Source of the DNA: Candidatus Shapirobacteria bacterium CG_4_10_14_0_8_um_filter_39_15
Lineage (GTDB): Bacteria > Patescibacteriota > Microgenomatia > UM-FILTER-39-15
Reading direction: 5' to 3'
DNA length: 64,000 bases
NCBI GenBank assembly: GCA_002784465.1
Contig: PFLE01000004.1
Location: 8,494-72,493 of the forward strand
A program made the position numbers and the translations under genes. Under the pieces are notes generated by a model. That model was not told where the DNA came from and searched no databases. It worked only from the letters and a program-made list of their open reading frames with translations. Numbering within the stretch: the first letter of the stretch is position 1; each line of letters begins with the position of its first letter. Shown piece after piece: positions 37,797 to 46,927 of the stretch.

Positions 37797-37993
37797 GAAT
37801 CGTTTATCATAAGCTATTTGAAAAGCACTTCAAAGAGAGGATTGCTTCGAATAAAAAGTTACGGGAGAAATTTTTTCAATGCTTGGATCTATTAATCGAA
37901 AATCCCCAAGATGAAATTTTAAGATGCCATCAACTTAGAGGATGAAACATTGTTTTTGTATGACATTGGTTCCCATGCCCAGGTATATTAACT
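37793..37993 (+). pseudogene. RelE/ParE-family toxin remnant (frameshifted and internally deleted)
   Basis: MRIVYHKLFEKHFKERIASNKKLREKFFQCLDLLIENPQDEILRCHQLRG then stops. A second frame continues DETLFLYDIGSHAQVY, which resembles a RelE/ParE C-terminus. Confidence 0.4.
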
Positions 37994-38029
37994 CTTGTTA
38001 TCTCTTGCTTCTTTTTGTATAATATTGCC

Positions 38030-38311
38030 ATGAGGAAATATGAATTGACCGTGATTTTGCCTGCTGATCTAGAAAAGGAAGATAACGAAAAACTACTGGG
38101 GAAAATAAAAAAAGCCATCGAAGACGGCAAGGGAAAAATTGAAAAAGCCGACGATTGGGGAAAGAAAGATTTTGCCTACGAAATTAAGAAATTAAAAGAA
38201 GGTAATTATTATTATTGGGAATTTTCGGTTGAACCTTCGCAATTATTCGATATTGATCGTAAAATAAAAGCAGAAGAAAAAATACTAAGATATCTTTTAG
38301 TTAAAGTCTAA
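38030..38311 (+). CDS. rpsF: 30S ribosomal protein S6
   Basis: S6-like sequence (MRKYELTVILPADLEKEDNEKLLGKIKKAIEDGKGKIEKADDWGKKDFAYEI) in the rpsF-ssb-rpsR order. Confidence 0.88.
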   Translation: MRKYELTVILPADLEKEDNEKLLGKIKKAIEDGKGKIEKADDWGKKDFAYEIKKLKEGNYYYWEFSVEPSQLFDIDRKIKAEEKILRYLLVKV

Positions 38312-38332
38312 GAAAACAATCTAAGCAAATAT

Positions 38333-38881
38333 ATGTCAACCAGATCGTTAAATAAAGTTCAATTAATCGGGAACATGACTCGGGATCCGGAATTGCGGTA
38401 TACGCCCCAAGGAACAGCTGTCTGTACTTTTGGATTAGCCACCAATCGGTCTTGGATAACCGATAACGGTGAGAAAAAAGAAGAAACCGAATTTCACAAG
38501 ATTGTCGTTTGGAATAAACTGGCCGAACTTTGTTCTCAATTGCTTTTTAAAGGCCGGAGGATTTATGTTGAAGGGCGATTGCAAACCCGATCGTGGACCG
38601 GTCAAGACGGAGTTGCTCATCAAACAACGGAAATTGTTATTTCTGATATGCTGATTCTGGATAATAAGCGGGCCGAAGGAGTTGGGGGAGCGGGGGCGGT
38701 TGTACCAGAAGCCGAAGAGGTTGTTGAACCTGTGGTAGCAGAATCGGTTGAGAAGCGAGAGGCGGGAAGCGAGAAAAAGACGGAAAAGGCCAAAAAAGAG
38801 GAAAAGCCCGAAAAATCGGAAGAACAACCTAAGGAAACAGAAGAAGGCGAAACTGTCAAAAAAGAAGACATTCCTTTTTGA
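38333..38881 (+). CDS. ssb: Single-stranded DNA-binding protein
   Basis: OB fold (VQLIGNMTRDPELRYTPQGTAVCTFGLATNRSW) and a long charged tail ending DIPF. Confidence 0.9.
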   Translation: MSTRSLNKVQLIGNMTRDPELRYTPQGTAVCTFGLATNRSWITDNGEKKEETEFHKIVVWNKLAELCSQLLFKGRRIYVEGRLQTRSWTGQDGVAHQTTEIVISDMLILDNKRAEGVGGAGAVVPEAEEVVEPVVAESVEKREAGSEKKTEKAKKEEKPEKSEEQPKETEEGETVKKEDIPF

Positions 38882-39126
38882 GATATATGATAAGACGAAA
38901 AACCATCAGACGTTTAAAATCAACCGAAAAATGTTATTTTTGCGTGGATAAATCTCTGCCTGATTATAAAAAGCCGGAAATTCTTGGTAAATTTATCAGC
39001 GATCGGGGAAAAATCCACAGCCGGAATCGGACCGGAATTTGTGCAAAGCATCAGAGAAAACTGGCGACCCAAATGAAACGAGCCCGCCACCTGGCATTTC
39101 TTCCGTTTATCACGCAAGTGCAATGA
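38878..39126 (+). CDS. rpsR: 30S ribosomal protein S18
   Basis: S18-like sequence (YFCVDKSLPDYKKPEILGKFISDRGKIHSRNRTGICAKHQRKLATQMKRARHLAFLPF). Confidence 0.88.
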   Translation: MRYMIRRKTIRRLKSTEKCYFCVDKSLPDYKKPEILGKFISDRGKIHSRNRTGICAKHQRKLATQMKRARHLAFLPFITQVQ

Positions 39127-39842
39127 ATTCAAATTTTCAGCCTGCCAACTTTAAGTTGAAAATTCCCATTTTTACGGGTGATAATATTTTAGTCAAGGTT
39201 GGGGAAAAAGTTAAACCCGAGCAACTTCTTTTTTCCGGTGACAGACAGGGTCCTTTGGTCGAAATCAACTTAGATGATAAAACATTAACCAGCCCTTTGG
39301 GTTCTAAAGTGGTTAAAGACCAGGTGATTGTCAAAACAAAATCGTTTTTAGGTGGAGGAAAAGAAATGAAAAGCCCATCCGACGGATTTCTGGAATCATT
39401 AACCGAAAGCGGAATATTAAAAATCAGAACCAAGGGTGAGCAGGAAAATTACCGTTGTCCGGCCGAAGGAAAAATTGAAGAAATCAGTGAGGCGATTTTA
39501 ATTGAATTCAAAGGTGTTAAGTTGGAAGCAGCTGACGGCTGGGGAAAGGGCAATTGGGGAATTTTGAAATTTCAAAAAGATATTTCGGTTGATGATCAGG
39601 GAGCAATTTTGGCGGTTCGGGAAAAACCGGATTTGGTTTTTTGTAATAAGGCTGAAGCCATTGAAGCCGGCGGTTTAATTTGTGGTAAAATAGCCGAAGG
39701 GCAAGGGAAAGATTTATCCTGTTTGATAATGGGTAGTGAAGAAGGCATAATTCCGGCAGAAATTTGGGAAGAATTGAAAAAATTTGAAGGCCAAAATGTC
39801 TATCTTGGCGGGAAAGAAAAAATTTTGTTTATTCCAAAATGA
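39123..39842 (+). CDS. Hypothetical protein (in the position where rplI often follows rpsR; not L9-like)
   Basis: Approximately 239 aa from MNSNFQ, with no recognisable motif. Confidence 0.3.
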   Translation: MNSNFQPANFKLKIPIFTGDNILVKVGEKVKPEQLLFSGDRQGPLVEINLDDKTLTSPLGSKVVKDQVIVKTKSFLGGGKEMKSPSDGFLESLTESGILKIRTKGEQENYRCPAEGKIEEISEAILIEFKGVKLEAADGWGKGNWGILKFQKDISVDDQGAILAVREKPDLVFCNKAEAIEAGGLICGKIAEGQGKDLSCLIMGSEEGIIPAEIWEELKKFEGQNVYLGGKEKILFIPK

Positions 39843-41083
39843 AAATTAAAATGTCCTTATCACAAATTAAGAAATTCATCATTTATTTAGCGGTTGTGGT
39901 TTTGGCAATTGGTTTTGGATATCGGTTGGGTCAATCCAAGGTTACGGTTTCGCTTAATTCCGGAAAATCTCTAATTAAAATTGATAGCAATCTTCCGGCG
40001 GATAAATCCAACATTGATTTTTCTTTATTTTGGCAGGTTTGGGATCGTTTGGAAGCAAATTATTTGCGGAAGGAAGGTCTAGACCCGCAAAAAATGATTT
40101 ATGGAGCAATTTCCGGCATGGCTTCCGCTTTAGGTGATCCATATACGGTTTTCTTGCCCCCGACAGAACAAAACTTATCAAAAGCCGATCTTGCCGGCAC
40201 TTTTGACGGCGTGGGGATTGAACTTGGTTATAAAGAGAGCAAGCTTGCGGTTGTTTCACCGCTTAAAGATTCGCCGGCGGAAAAAGCCGGCGTTAAGTCC
40301 GGTGATTTTATTGCTTGGATTAAAGATAGTCAGAAAAAAATTGATAAAACGACCCAAGGAATGACTTTGCCGGAGGCGGTTGAAATTATTCGGGGGGTTT
40401 CAGGATCTGAAGTAATTTTAACTTTGGTCCGGGATCAAGTCGAGAAACCTTTGGAAGTGACTTTAAAAAGAGCGCCGATTGTGGTTAAAAGCATTGAGTT
40501 AAGTTTTGATGATGATAAACAAATTGCCAAAATTAAGCTAATGCGTTTCGGCGAGCAAACCAATCGGGGGTGGGATTCAGAGGTGACGGCCATCTTAGGT
40601 CATAGTCCGCAAGTTAAGGGCATTGTTTTGGATTTAAGAAACAATCCGGGAGGATTTCTCCAGGGAGCAATTTATATTGCCAGCGAATTTATTGCTGATG
40701 GACCGGTGGTAAAGCAGGAAAATGCCGGTAATCGGGGAACTGATGTCTATAACGTTGATCGGAAAGGATTATTGACCAAAATACCCTTGGTGGTTCTTAT
40801 AAATGAAGGCTCTGCTTCTGCCTCGGAGATTTTATCAGGGGCCTTAAGAGAAAGGGTTAAAGCAAAATTAGTTGGTCAAAAATCGTTCGGCAAGGGAACG
40901 GTTCAGGAAGCGGAAGAATTTCCCGGCGGTTCTGGTTTACACATTACCATTGCCCGTTGGCTGCTGCCAAGCGGTAAATCAATTGACAAAGAAGGGATTA
41001 CTCCGGATTATTTAGTGGCGATGGACGATAAGGACTCAACGAAAGATCCGCAAATGGATAAAGCCATCGAATTATTAAGGTAA
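39839..41083 (+). CDS. ctpA: Carboxyl-terminal processing protease (S41) with PDZ domain
   Basis: N-terminal TM helix, a PDZ domain, and the S41 catalytic region (LDLRNNPGGFLQGAIYIASEF ... GSASASEI). Confidence 0.8.
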   Translation: MKIKMSLSQIKKFIIYLAVVVLAIGFGYRLGQSKVTVSLNSGKSLIKIDSNLPADKSNIDFSLFWQVWDRLEANYLRKEGLDPQKMIYGAISGMASALGDPYTVFLPPTEQNLSKADLAGTFDGVGIELGYKESKLAVVSPLKDSPAEKAGVKSGDFIAWIKDSQKKIDKTTQGMTLPEAVEIIRGVSGSEVILTLVRDQVEKPLEVTLKRAPIVVKSIELSFDDDKQIAKIKLMRFGEQTNRGWDSEVTAILGHSPQVKGIVLDLRNNPGGFLQGAIYIASEFIADGPVVKQENAGNRGTDVYNVDRKGLLTKIPLVVLINEGSASASEILSGALRERVKAKLVGQKSFGKGTVQEAEEFPGGSGLHITIARWLLPSGKSIDKEGITPDYLVAMDDKDSTKDPQMDKAIELLR

Positions 41084-41135
41084 TTCTCAGAATTAAGTAA
41101 TAAATTTTAATCATTGTCATCATAACAAACTAATT

Positions 41136-42317
41136 ATGAACAGGTTTAAAAGATTATTAACTATTTCAGCCTTGGTGATTGTTCTGGTTGTAGCGATTTT
41201 AGGCGGGGCAATTTCTGATCGGATTTTCGGTTATCGGGTTTTGGATCGGATTTTTCCGCGATCGAATTCCAGCAACTTATCTCAATTGCCATTTAGTCAA
41301 AAGGTTGTTAATGAAGAATCAGTGGTGATCGATGTGGTTGATAGAGTTTCTCCCAGCGTAGTTACCATTAATTTGAGTACAACTCAAACTACACCCGATC
41401 TCTCGCAATTTTTTGGTTTACCTTTTTCTTTTGGCTTTCCGCAAAATACTCAACCGCAGAATGTCACCCAAGACATTGCTACAGGATTTATTGTTTCAAA
41501 AGACGGTTTGATTGTTACCAATAAGCATGTGGTTTCGGATACGAGTGGAAAATATAAGGTCATTACTAAAGATAATAAATCCTATGATGTTCAAAAAATT
41601 TACCGCGATCCGGCCAATGACACCGCGATTTTAAAAATAAACCCTTCGATAAGCTCAGGGCAAGCGCTTATACCAGTGGAAATGGGGGATTCGTCAAAGT
41701 TGAAAGTTGGCCAGTTTGTAATTGCCATTGGAACAGCCTTGGGTGAGTTTCGCAATACGGTGACAACTGGAGTAGTTTCTGGTATTGGTCGTTCCATTAC
41801 CGCCGGATCTCCTTATCAAGGAACAGCCGAACAACTTGACAATGTAATTCAGACCGATGCGGCGATCAACCCAGGCAATTCCGGTGGTCCTTTGATTAAC
41901 TCTTCCGGCCAGGTGATTGGTGTTAATGCCGCGGTTTCCCAAGGCAGCCAAAATATTGGCTTTGCGCTCCCAATTAATTTAATAAAAGACTCGCTCAATA
42001 ATTTTAATAAAACTGGTCAATTCTCCCGACCTTTCTTGGGAATTCGTTACCAAATGATCAGTAAGGAAGTAGCGATAATGAATGAGGTTCCGGAGGGGTC
42101 TTATGTGATTGAAATTGTTTCCGGCTCACCTTCAGAAAAAGCCGGTTTAAAAAGAGGGGATATTATTACCAAAATGGATGGTCAGAAATTATCCGATACG
42201 GTAAGCATTGCTGATTTAATTAGCAAAAAGAAAGTTGGGGATACCGTAGAACTAAATATTTGGCGCAATAATCAGAACCAAACCGTTAAGGTTATTTTGG
42301 AAGAAGTAAGTCAATAA
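41136..42317 (+). CDS. HtrA/DegP-family serine protease with PDZ domain
   Basis: Catalytic triad context (TNKHVV; DTAILKI; GNSGGPLINSSGQVIGVN) plus a C-terminal PDZ domain. Confidence 0.85.
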   Translation: MNRFKRLLTISALVIVLVVAILGGAISDRIFGYRVLDRIFPRSNSSNLSQLPFSQKVVNEESVVIDVVDRVSPSVVTINLSTTQTTPDLSQFFGLPFSFGFPQNTQPQNVTQDIATGFIVSKDGLIVTNKHVVSDTSGKYKVITKDNKSYDVQKIYRDPANDTAILKINPSISSGQALIPVEMGDSSKLKVGQFVIAIGTALGEFRNTVTTGVVSGIGRSITAGSPYQGTAEQLDNVIQTDAAINPGNSGGPLINSSGQVIGVNAAVSQGSQNIGFALPINLIKDSLNNFNKTGQFSRPFLGIRYQMISKEVAIMNEVPEGSYVIEIVSGSPSEKAGLKRGDIITKMDGQKLSDTVSIADLISKKKVGDTVELNIWRNNQNQTVKVILEEVSQ

Positions 42318-42406
42318 TAACTTCCCAATCTTCAAGAAACTTTCTTACCAAAATTTAGGATATCCATAAAATTGTCATTGTTATTTAAATGTGATATGGT
42401 ATTTGT

Positions 42407-43066
42407 ATGGAAGACGAAAAAATAAGTGAACTGGCGGAAAAATTAAAAATCACTTTGGAGGAAGAGCAGAAAAAAGATTTTATAGATAAAACAAAAGAAA
42501 TTCTAAAATATCCTAAAGTTAAACTGGTTTTGGCCTTATTGGGTGTTGGTAGTGTCGTAGTGTTGGCCGTAGTTGCTCCCGGCGTTGGGTTGGCATTCAA
42601 AGGTGCTAGCAAAATTCTTGAGGACCAAAGCGATAAAGAATGGAAAAAATATAATCAGGGATTATTGCGTCGAACTCTTGATCGGCTTAATAAAAGAAAA
42701 ATGGTGGAATATGATCAGCAAGGGGACAAGGTGATTGTTAAATTAACCGAAGCGGGAAAGAAAATGATTCTTAAATATTCCCTTGATAATCTTGAGATTA
42801 AACGGCCGAAAATTTGGGATAAGCAATGGCGTTTGATTATTTATGATGTCCCTTATGGCAAAAGAAGGTGGGCTGATATTTTTGGGCGATGGCTGAAAAA
42901 TCTAGGGATGTATCGGATACAGAAAAGTGTTTTTCTTTACCCGTTTCCGTGTGATAATGAAGTTCAATTTCTAAGGGAATATTTAGGAATAGGGAAGCAT
43001 GTTTGGTTAATGAAAGTAACCAAGATGGAAAACGAATCGGTTCTTAAAGAATATTTTGGTCTGTAA
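42407..43066 (+). CDS. PaaX-like regulator, paralog 4 (with a predicted N-terminal TM helix)
   Basis: Core KIWDKQWRLIIYDVPYGKRRWADIFGRWLKNLGMYRIQKSVFLYPFP. It is bracketed by the direct repeat AATTTAGGATATCCAYRAAATTG. Confidence 0.6.
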   Translation: MEDEKISELAEKLKITLEEEQKKDFIDKTKEILKYPKVKLVLALLGVGSVVVLAVVAPGVGLAFKGASKILEDQSDKEWKKYNQGLLRRTLDRLNKRKMVEYDQQGDKVIVKLTEAGKKMILKYSLDNLEIKRPKIWDKQWRLIIYDVPYGKRRWADIFGRWLKNLGMYRIQKSVFLYPFPCDNEVQFLREYLGIGKHVWLMKVTKMENESVLKEYFGL

Positions 43067-43164
43067 ATTACGACAGAATTTAGGATATCCACGAAATTGG
43101 TAATGTAATAATTACAAAATATAAAAAAATAAAAACGGTTGGAAAAAAATTCTCTCTTAAATTT

Positions 43165-43422
43165 TTAAATCACTAGAAGGGAGTAGTGATTTTGTAAAGT
43201 TTTTCTCATCCTTGGCCGCTTGTGGTTCAATTCCTTTAGTTTCTCAACGATGATCTCAAGAGTCATTGTTTGTTCGGCGAGAAGTACTGGGTAGCCGGTT
43301 TCCAGAATTTCACCAGAGACGACAACTGCCCTTACTTGATTGGCAACATCCTGATTTGCACACATCAAGTGGATAAACTCTTTGGTGCTTTGCTCCAGGG
43401 GTTTGGAATAGAGGAAGTCCAT
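43165..43422 (-). CDS. Hypothetical protein
   Basis: 85 aa with no recognisable motif. Confidence 0.25.
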   Translation of the reverse strand: MDFLYSKPLEQSTKEFIHLMCANQDVANQVRAVVVSGEILETGYPVLLAEQTMTLEIIVEKLKELNHKRPRMRKTLQNHYSLLVI

Positions 43423-43559
43423 TCAAAGATGGCAACTGAGCCATCGGTTAAAAGGAACCCCCTTGCTTCGCAATCATATGGATTTCGGTTAGGTGAAAAG
43501 ACAAAGATCGCAATTTTTACTAAATGAAACTATACCATACGATAAGGCTAATTTCAAAT

Positions 43560-44258
43560 TTACAATGAAGAAGATTGAAGAAGGGATAGAATCGGTTGAA
43601 GGTTACCCTCAATAATTTTATCCAAATTATGCCAAGATTTATTAAGACGGTGATCAGTTACCCGGTTTTGTGCATAATTATACGTGCGAATTTTTTCAGC
43701 TCTCATGCCCCTGCCAATAGGCGAGCGGTAGCCGGCTTGGGTAGTTTCTTTTTCCAATTCCGATTTTTCCCAAAGTTTGGATCTTAAAATGGCCATCGCC
43801 AATTCGCGGTTTCGTTCTTGAAACCTTTCCTGCTGGGCCTGAACAACAATGCCGCTTGGAATATGGCGCAGTCGAACAGCCGTTGAAACCTTCTGGACAT
43901 TGTGACCACCGTGAGAAGAAGCGCGGTAAAATTCCCAAGCAATGTCCGCCGGGTTAATTTGAATCTCCTGTTCGCTGATTTCCGGCAGGACCGCAACGGT
44001 TGCTGTTGAGGTATGAATTCGGCCATAGCGTTCGGTTTGAGGAACCCGTTGGACACGATGAACACCCGATTCATGCTGCAACAACACAAAAGCGTTGGTT
44101 CCCTGGATTTTTATTACTCCGTCATCAATATCAAAAACTTTCCATCCTTGGGAATTGGCATATCTGGTATACATGCGCAGAAGATCATCTGCCCAGATTT
44201 TGGCTTCATCACCGCCGGTTCCGGGTCTGGCTTCAATGATGGCAACATCGGTTTTCAC
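43560..44258 (-). CDS. prfA: Peptide chain release factor 1-like protein lacking domain 1, with GGH in place of GGQ (possible pseudogene)
   Basis: Strong RF1 similarity ([29 protein letters not shown] with a PxT-type motif PQT; [15 protein letters not shown]). The catalytic motif reads SSHGGHNVQ (codon CAC). The ORF begins at the domain 2 equivalent, and the upstream part of the gene is in the rpmE reading frame. Confidence 0.7.
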   Translation of the reverse strand: MKTDVAIIEARPGTGGDEAKIWADDLLRMYTRYANSQGWKVFDIDDGVIKIQGTNAFVLLQHESGVHRVQRVPQTERYGRIHTSTATVAVLPEISEQEIQINPADIAWEFYRASSHGGHNVQKVSTAVRLRHIPSGIVVQAQQERFQERNRELAMAILRSKLWEKSELEKETTQAGYRSPIGRGMRAEKIRTYNYAQNRVTDHRLNKSWHNLDKIIEGNLQPILSLLQSSSL

Positions 44259-44572
44259 TGTTTCTTTTCAAACAAACCTCGAAGATTTTGTGGTCTTTCT
44301 TTTTCTTTTGCTTCTTCTTCCAAGCGGCGCAATCTTCTTTTTTCAACTTTTTTGACGATTTTGGTGGTTGAGGCCTTGCTTTGTCTGGCTTGAAATTTTT
44401 CTACCATGCCGGCCGTATCAATTAATTTCATTTCCCCGGTAAAGAACGGATGGCACTTTGAACAGACATCAACATGAATTTCCGGCTTGGTTGAACCGAC
44501 GGTAAAAGTATTCCCGCAAATGCAGGTAATTTTAGCATCAGGATACCATTTGGGATGGATATCTTTTTTCAT
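44255..44572 (-). CDS. rpmE: 50S ribosomal protein L31 with an approximately 38-aa C-terminal extension resembling the end of RF1 domain 1
   Basis: The L31 core ([46 protein letters not shown]) is followed by ...[24 protein letters not shown], which resembles the RF1 motif ELREAKEK...LLLPKDP. Confidence 0.75.
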   Translation of the reverse strand: MKKDIHPKWYPDAKITCICGNTFTVGSTKPEIHVDVCSKCHPFFTGEMKLIDTAGMVEKFQARQSKASTTKIVKKVEKRRLRRLEEEAKEKERPQNLRGLFEKKQ

Positions 44573-44584
44573 TTGAAGATAATT

Positions 44585-45847
44585 TTACAACATTGAGAGT
44601 TCTTTTACAAGCTCGTCTGAGGGTATAGTTTTTTGAGTTCTTGATTTTAAGTCTTTTAGGGTTACTTGATTGGATTGAATTTCATCAGGACCAAGAATAA
44701 TCGCATACGGAATATTTTTCTGATCTGCGTATTTAAGTTGCTTATCTAATTTGGTTTCAGGGATAAGATAAACTTCAGTATTAATAGAATTTTGGCGCAG
44801 TTGATTTGCTATTTCCAGGGATTTATCAAACAAATTAGCAGAAAAAACAGTGACTAAGATTTTTGTAACAGAATCAAAATTGGGTAGTAAATTAAGTTCT
44901 TCAAGGGCTTCTAGTGTTCGGTCAAATCCGAAAGCAATTCCTGTAGCGGGAATATCTTTACCGGTAATTCTTTTGAACATACCATCATATCTTTCGCCTC
45001 CACCAACTGAGCCGGCAAAAGTATTGGTTGAATAACCGGAAATTGTCATTTCCCAAATAGGTCCTTCTGAATAGGACAATGACCGGCAAAGTGTTGGTTC
45101 GAATCGATAATAAGATTCATCAAGTCCGGCATTTTTTAGGTAATCAAAAATAATCTTTATTTTTTCATCCGGTTTAAGATTTTCTACCTTGTTTAAATAT
45201 TCCAAAGCCATTTTTTTAGAAATTCCTTTCTTTTGCATAACCTCAATTACACCATCTTTTCCAATTTTTTTAAGCTGGTCAATGGCCGCGATTGCAGGAT
45301 AGGGGATTCCCGCCAGTAAATCTCGATTATTTATAATTGCCACGGGTTGTTTGAAACCTAACGATTTGTACAAATCAATACTGACGGCAATACATTCGGC
45401 ATCGGCAATCGGTGATTTAATTCCATAAATGTCAATATCGGCTTGGGTAAATTCTCGATAGCGACCTTTTTGGGGTTTTTCTGCTCGGAAAGTTGATTGA
45501 ATTTGATAACGGCGAAAAGGAAAAGTAATTTCGTCTGCGTATTGGCCAACAACACGGCAAGATGGAACGGTTTGGTCATAGCGTAAAGCCACTTTTCGTC
45601 CGCCCGGATCTTCGAATTTGAAAAATAATTTTTCATCTTCGCCAATTTCCCCCTCAAAAAGTTCTAAAGATTCAACCGTAGGACTTTCCAAAGGTTCATA
45701 CCCCCATTTTTCAAATACTTTGACCATTTGGTCTTCTAACCACTGTCTTTTCTGAGCCTCCTCGGGTAAAAAATCCCGGAAGCCTTTTAATGGTTGTAGT
45801 TTGGTATCCATATTTGTAATCATATCATTCATGTTATTGGTTAACAA
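44585..45847 (-). CDS. hisS: Histidyl-tRNA synthetase
   Basis: Class II motifs and the HisRS N-terminus (LKGFRDFLPEEAQKRQWLEDQMVKVFEKWGYEPLESPTVE). Confidence 0.9.
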   Translation of the reverse strand: MLTNNMNDMITNMDTKLQPLKGFRDFLPEEAQKRQWLEDQMVKVFEKWGYEPLESPTVESLELFEGEIGEDEKLFFKFEDPGGRKVALRYDQTVPSCRVVGQYADEITFPFRRYQIQSTFRAEKPQKGRYREFTQADIDIYGIKSPIADAECIAVSIDLYKSLGFKQPVAIINNRDLLAGIPYPAIAAIDQLKKIGKDGVIEVMQKKGISKKMALEYLNKVENLKPDEKIKIIFDYLKNAGLDESYYRFEPTLCRSLSYSEGPIWEMTISGYSTNTFAGSVGGGERYDGMFKRITGKDIPATGIAFGFDRTLEALEELNLLPNFDSVTKILVTVFSANLFDKSLEIANQLRQNSINTEVYLIPETKLDKQLKYADQKNIPYAIILGPDEIQSNQVTLKDLKSRTQKTIPSDELVKELSML

Positions 45848-46245
45848 CCGAGAGCAACTACTTTTGCCGAAACTCTTATTTTATTTTGCTTATTTTCCAC
45901 ATAAATTGATTCACCCGTTGGTTGGATAATTTTATTGATACCCAAAATAATATTTGTAGCGATACTTGCTGATCCGCAAGCAGTCTCTTTGAACAAAGAA
46001 TTAGTTTGTTTTACATACACATAGGGTTCAATCCTGTTTTCATCTGTTAATACAATTCCAAAAGCCGGAAGTCTATACTCGTTTGTAAGTTCCAACAAAC
46101 TCCTTCTAGTAATTCTAATTTTTTCCTTAGTAACTAAAAAACCTATTCCGGACAATAAAACAAAACCATTACAAAACCGATTTGTTCGACCGATCCTAAG
46201 TAGTTTTTTACTAAATTCTTTCTTTGACTTAACGGACAATTCCAC
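45841..46245 (-). CDS. DapF-like (diaminopimelate epimerase C-terminal domain-like) fragment
   Basis: 134 aa with an ACGSASIA motif resembling the DapF second-domain Cys motif. It is about half the length of DapF. Confidence 0.3.
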   Translation of the reverse strand: MELSVKSKKEFSKKLLRIGRTNRFCNGFVLLSGIGFLVTKEKIRITRRSLLELTNEYRLPAFGIVLTDENRIEPYVYVKQTNSLFKETACGSASIATNIILGINKIIQPTGESIYVENKQNKIRVSAKVVALGC

Positions 46246-46333
46246 ACTAAAAGAGTAGAGTTACCCCCAGCGATTAAAAATTTTTAAGCCTGAGTTTGTT
46301 TATCATAGTTTTTTAATGATATTTGCATTATTT

Positions 46334-46408
46334 TGGGTGGCTGACGGGAATTGAACCCGCAACATCCAGTTCCACAAACTGGCGCTCTGCCATTGAGCTA
46401 CAACCACC
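46334..46408 (-). tRNA. tRNA-His (anticodon GTG) with the G-1 extra 5' nucleotide
   Basis: Reverse complement is G-GTGGTTG TA GCTC AATGGC AGAGC G CCAGT TTGTGGA ACTGG ATGTT GCGGG TTCAATT CCCGT CAGCCAC C. The cloverleaf folds with one G-U pair in the acceptor stem, and G-1 is paired with C73. Confidence 0.85.
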
Positions 46409-46927
46409 ACGTAAAATTTCTTCGAAAATTAACGTGGTTAGTCGCGTTTAAATCTTAAAGACTTATTACACGACACCATCCTTGACAACATCCTCCGCAT
46501 CTTAGCACTCAGCTTTTCAGTATTATTCATACACGCTTCGTGTTGCGATTGCTGGAGGATTGGATCTTCATGCGACAAACTTTTCGTTATTAACTCCAGT
46601 TTGTCTGGAAGATCACAAAAAAACCTCTCGTTCTTTGCATTTGTCGACAATGACAAAAACAAGGAACGAGAGGCCTTCGACTTACCCGCCCATCCTTATT
46701 CCCTGTACCGTTACTGGTACGGGGCTCTCAGGTCGGCTCTACTTTGCGGTGACACCGACTGTTGGATTTTACGGTTCAACTTCCGTCGAGTATTTGGCTC
46801 GCTGCCCGTGGATCGTGACTCCACTTAACGCTTTCTAAATATTAAACTTGTATTATTATACAAGAAATAATTTTAATGTCAAATTTACATATTTGACAAA
46901 CGGCCGCTAAGGAAGTATTGTAAAAAT

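Noticed and set aside
46438-46838. ORFs 46438..46662(-), 46560..46838(+) and 46601..46828(+)
   Set aside because: They overlap each other within a GC-rich, structure-rich island next to tRNA-His and have no protein-like features. The region is more likely non-coding RNA.
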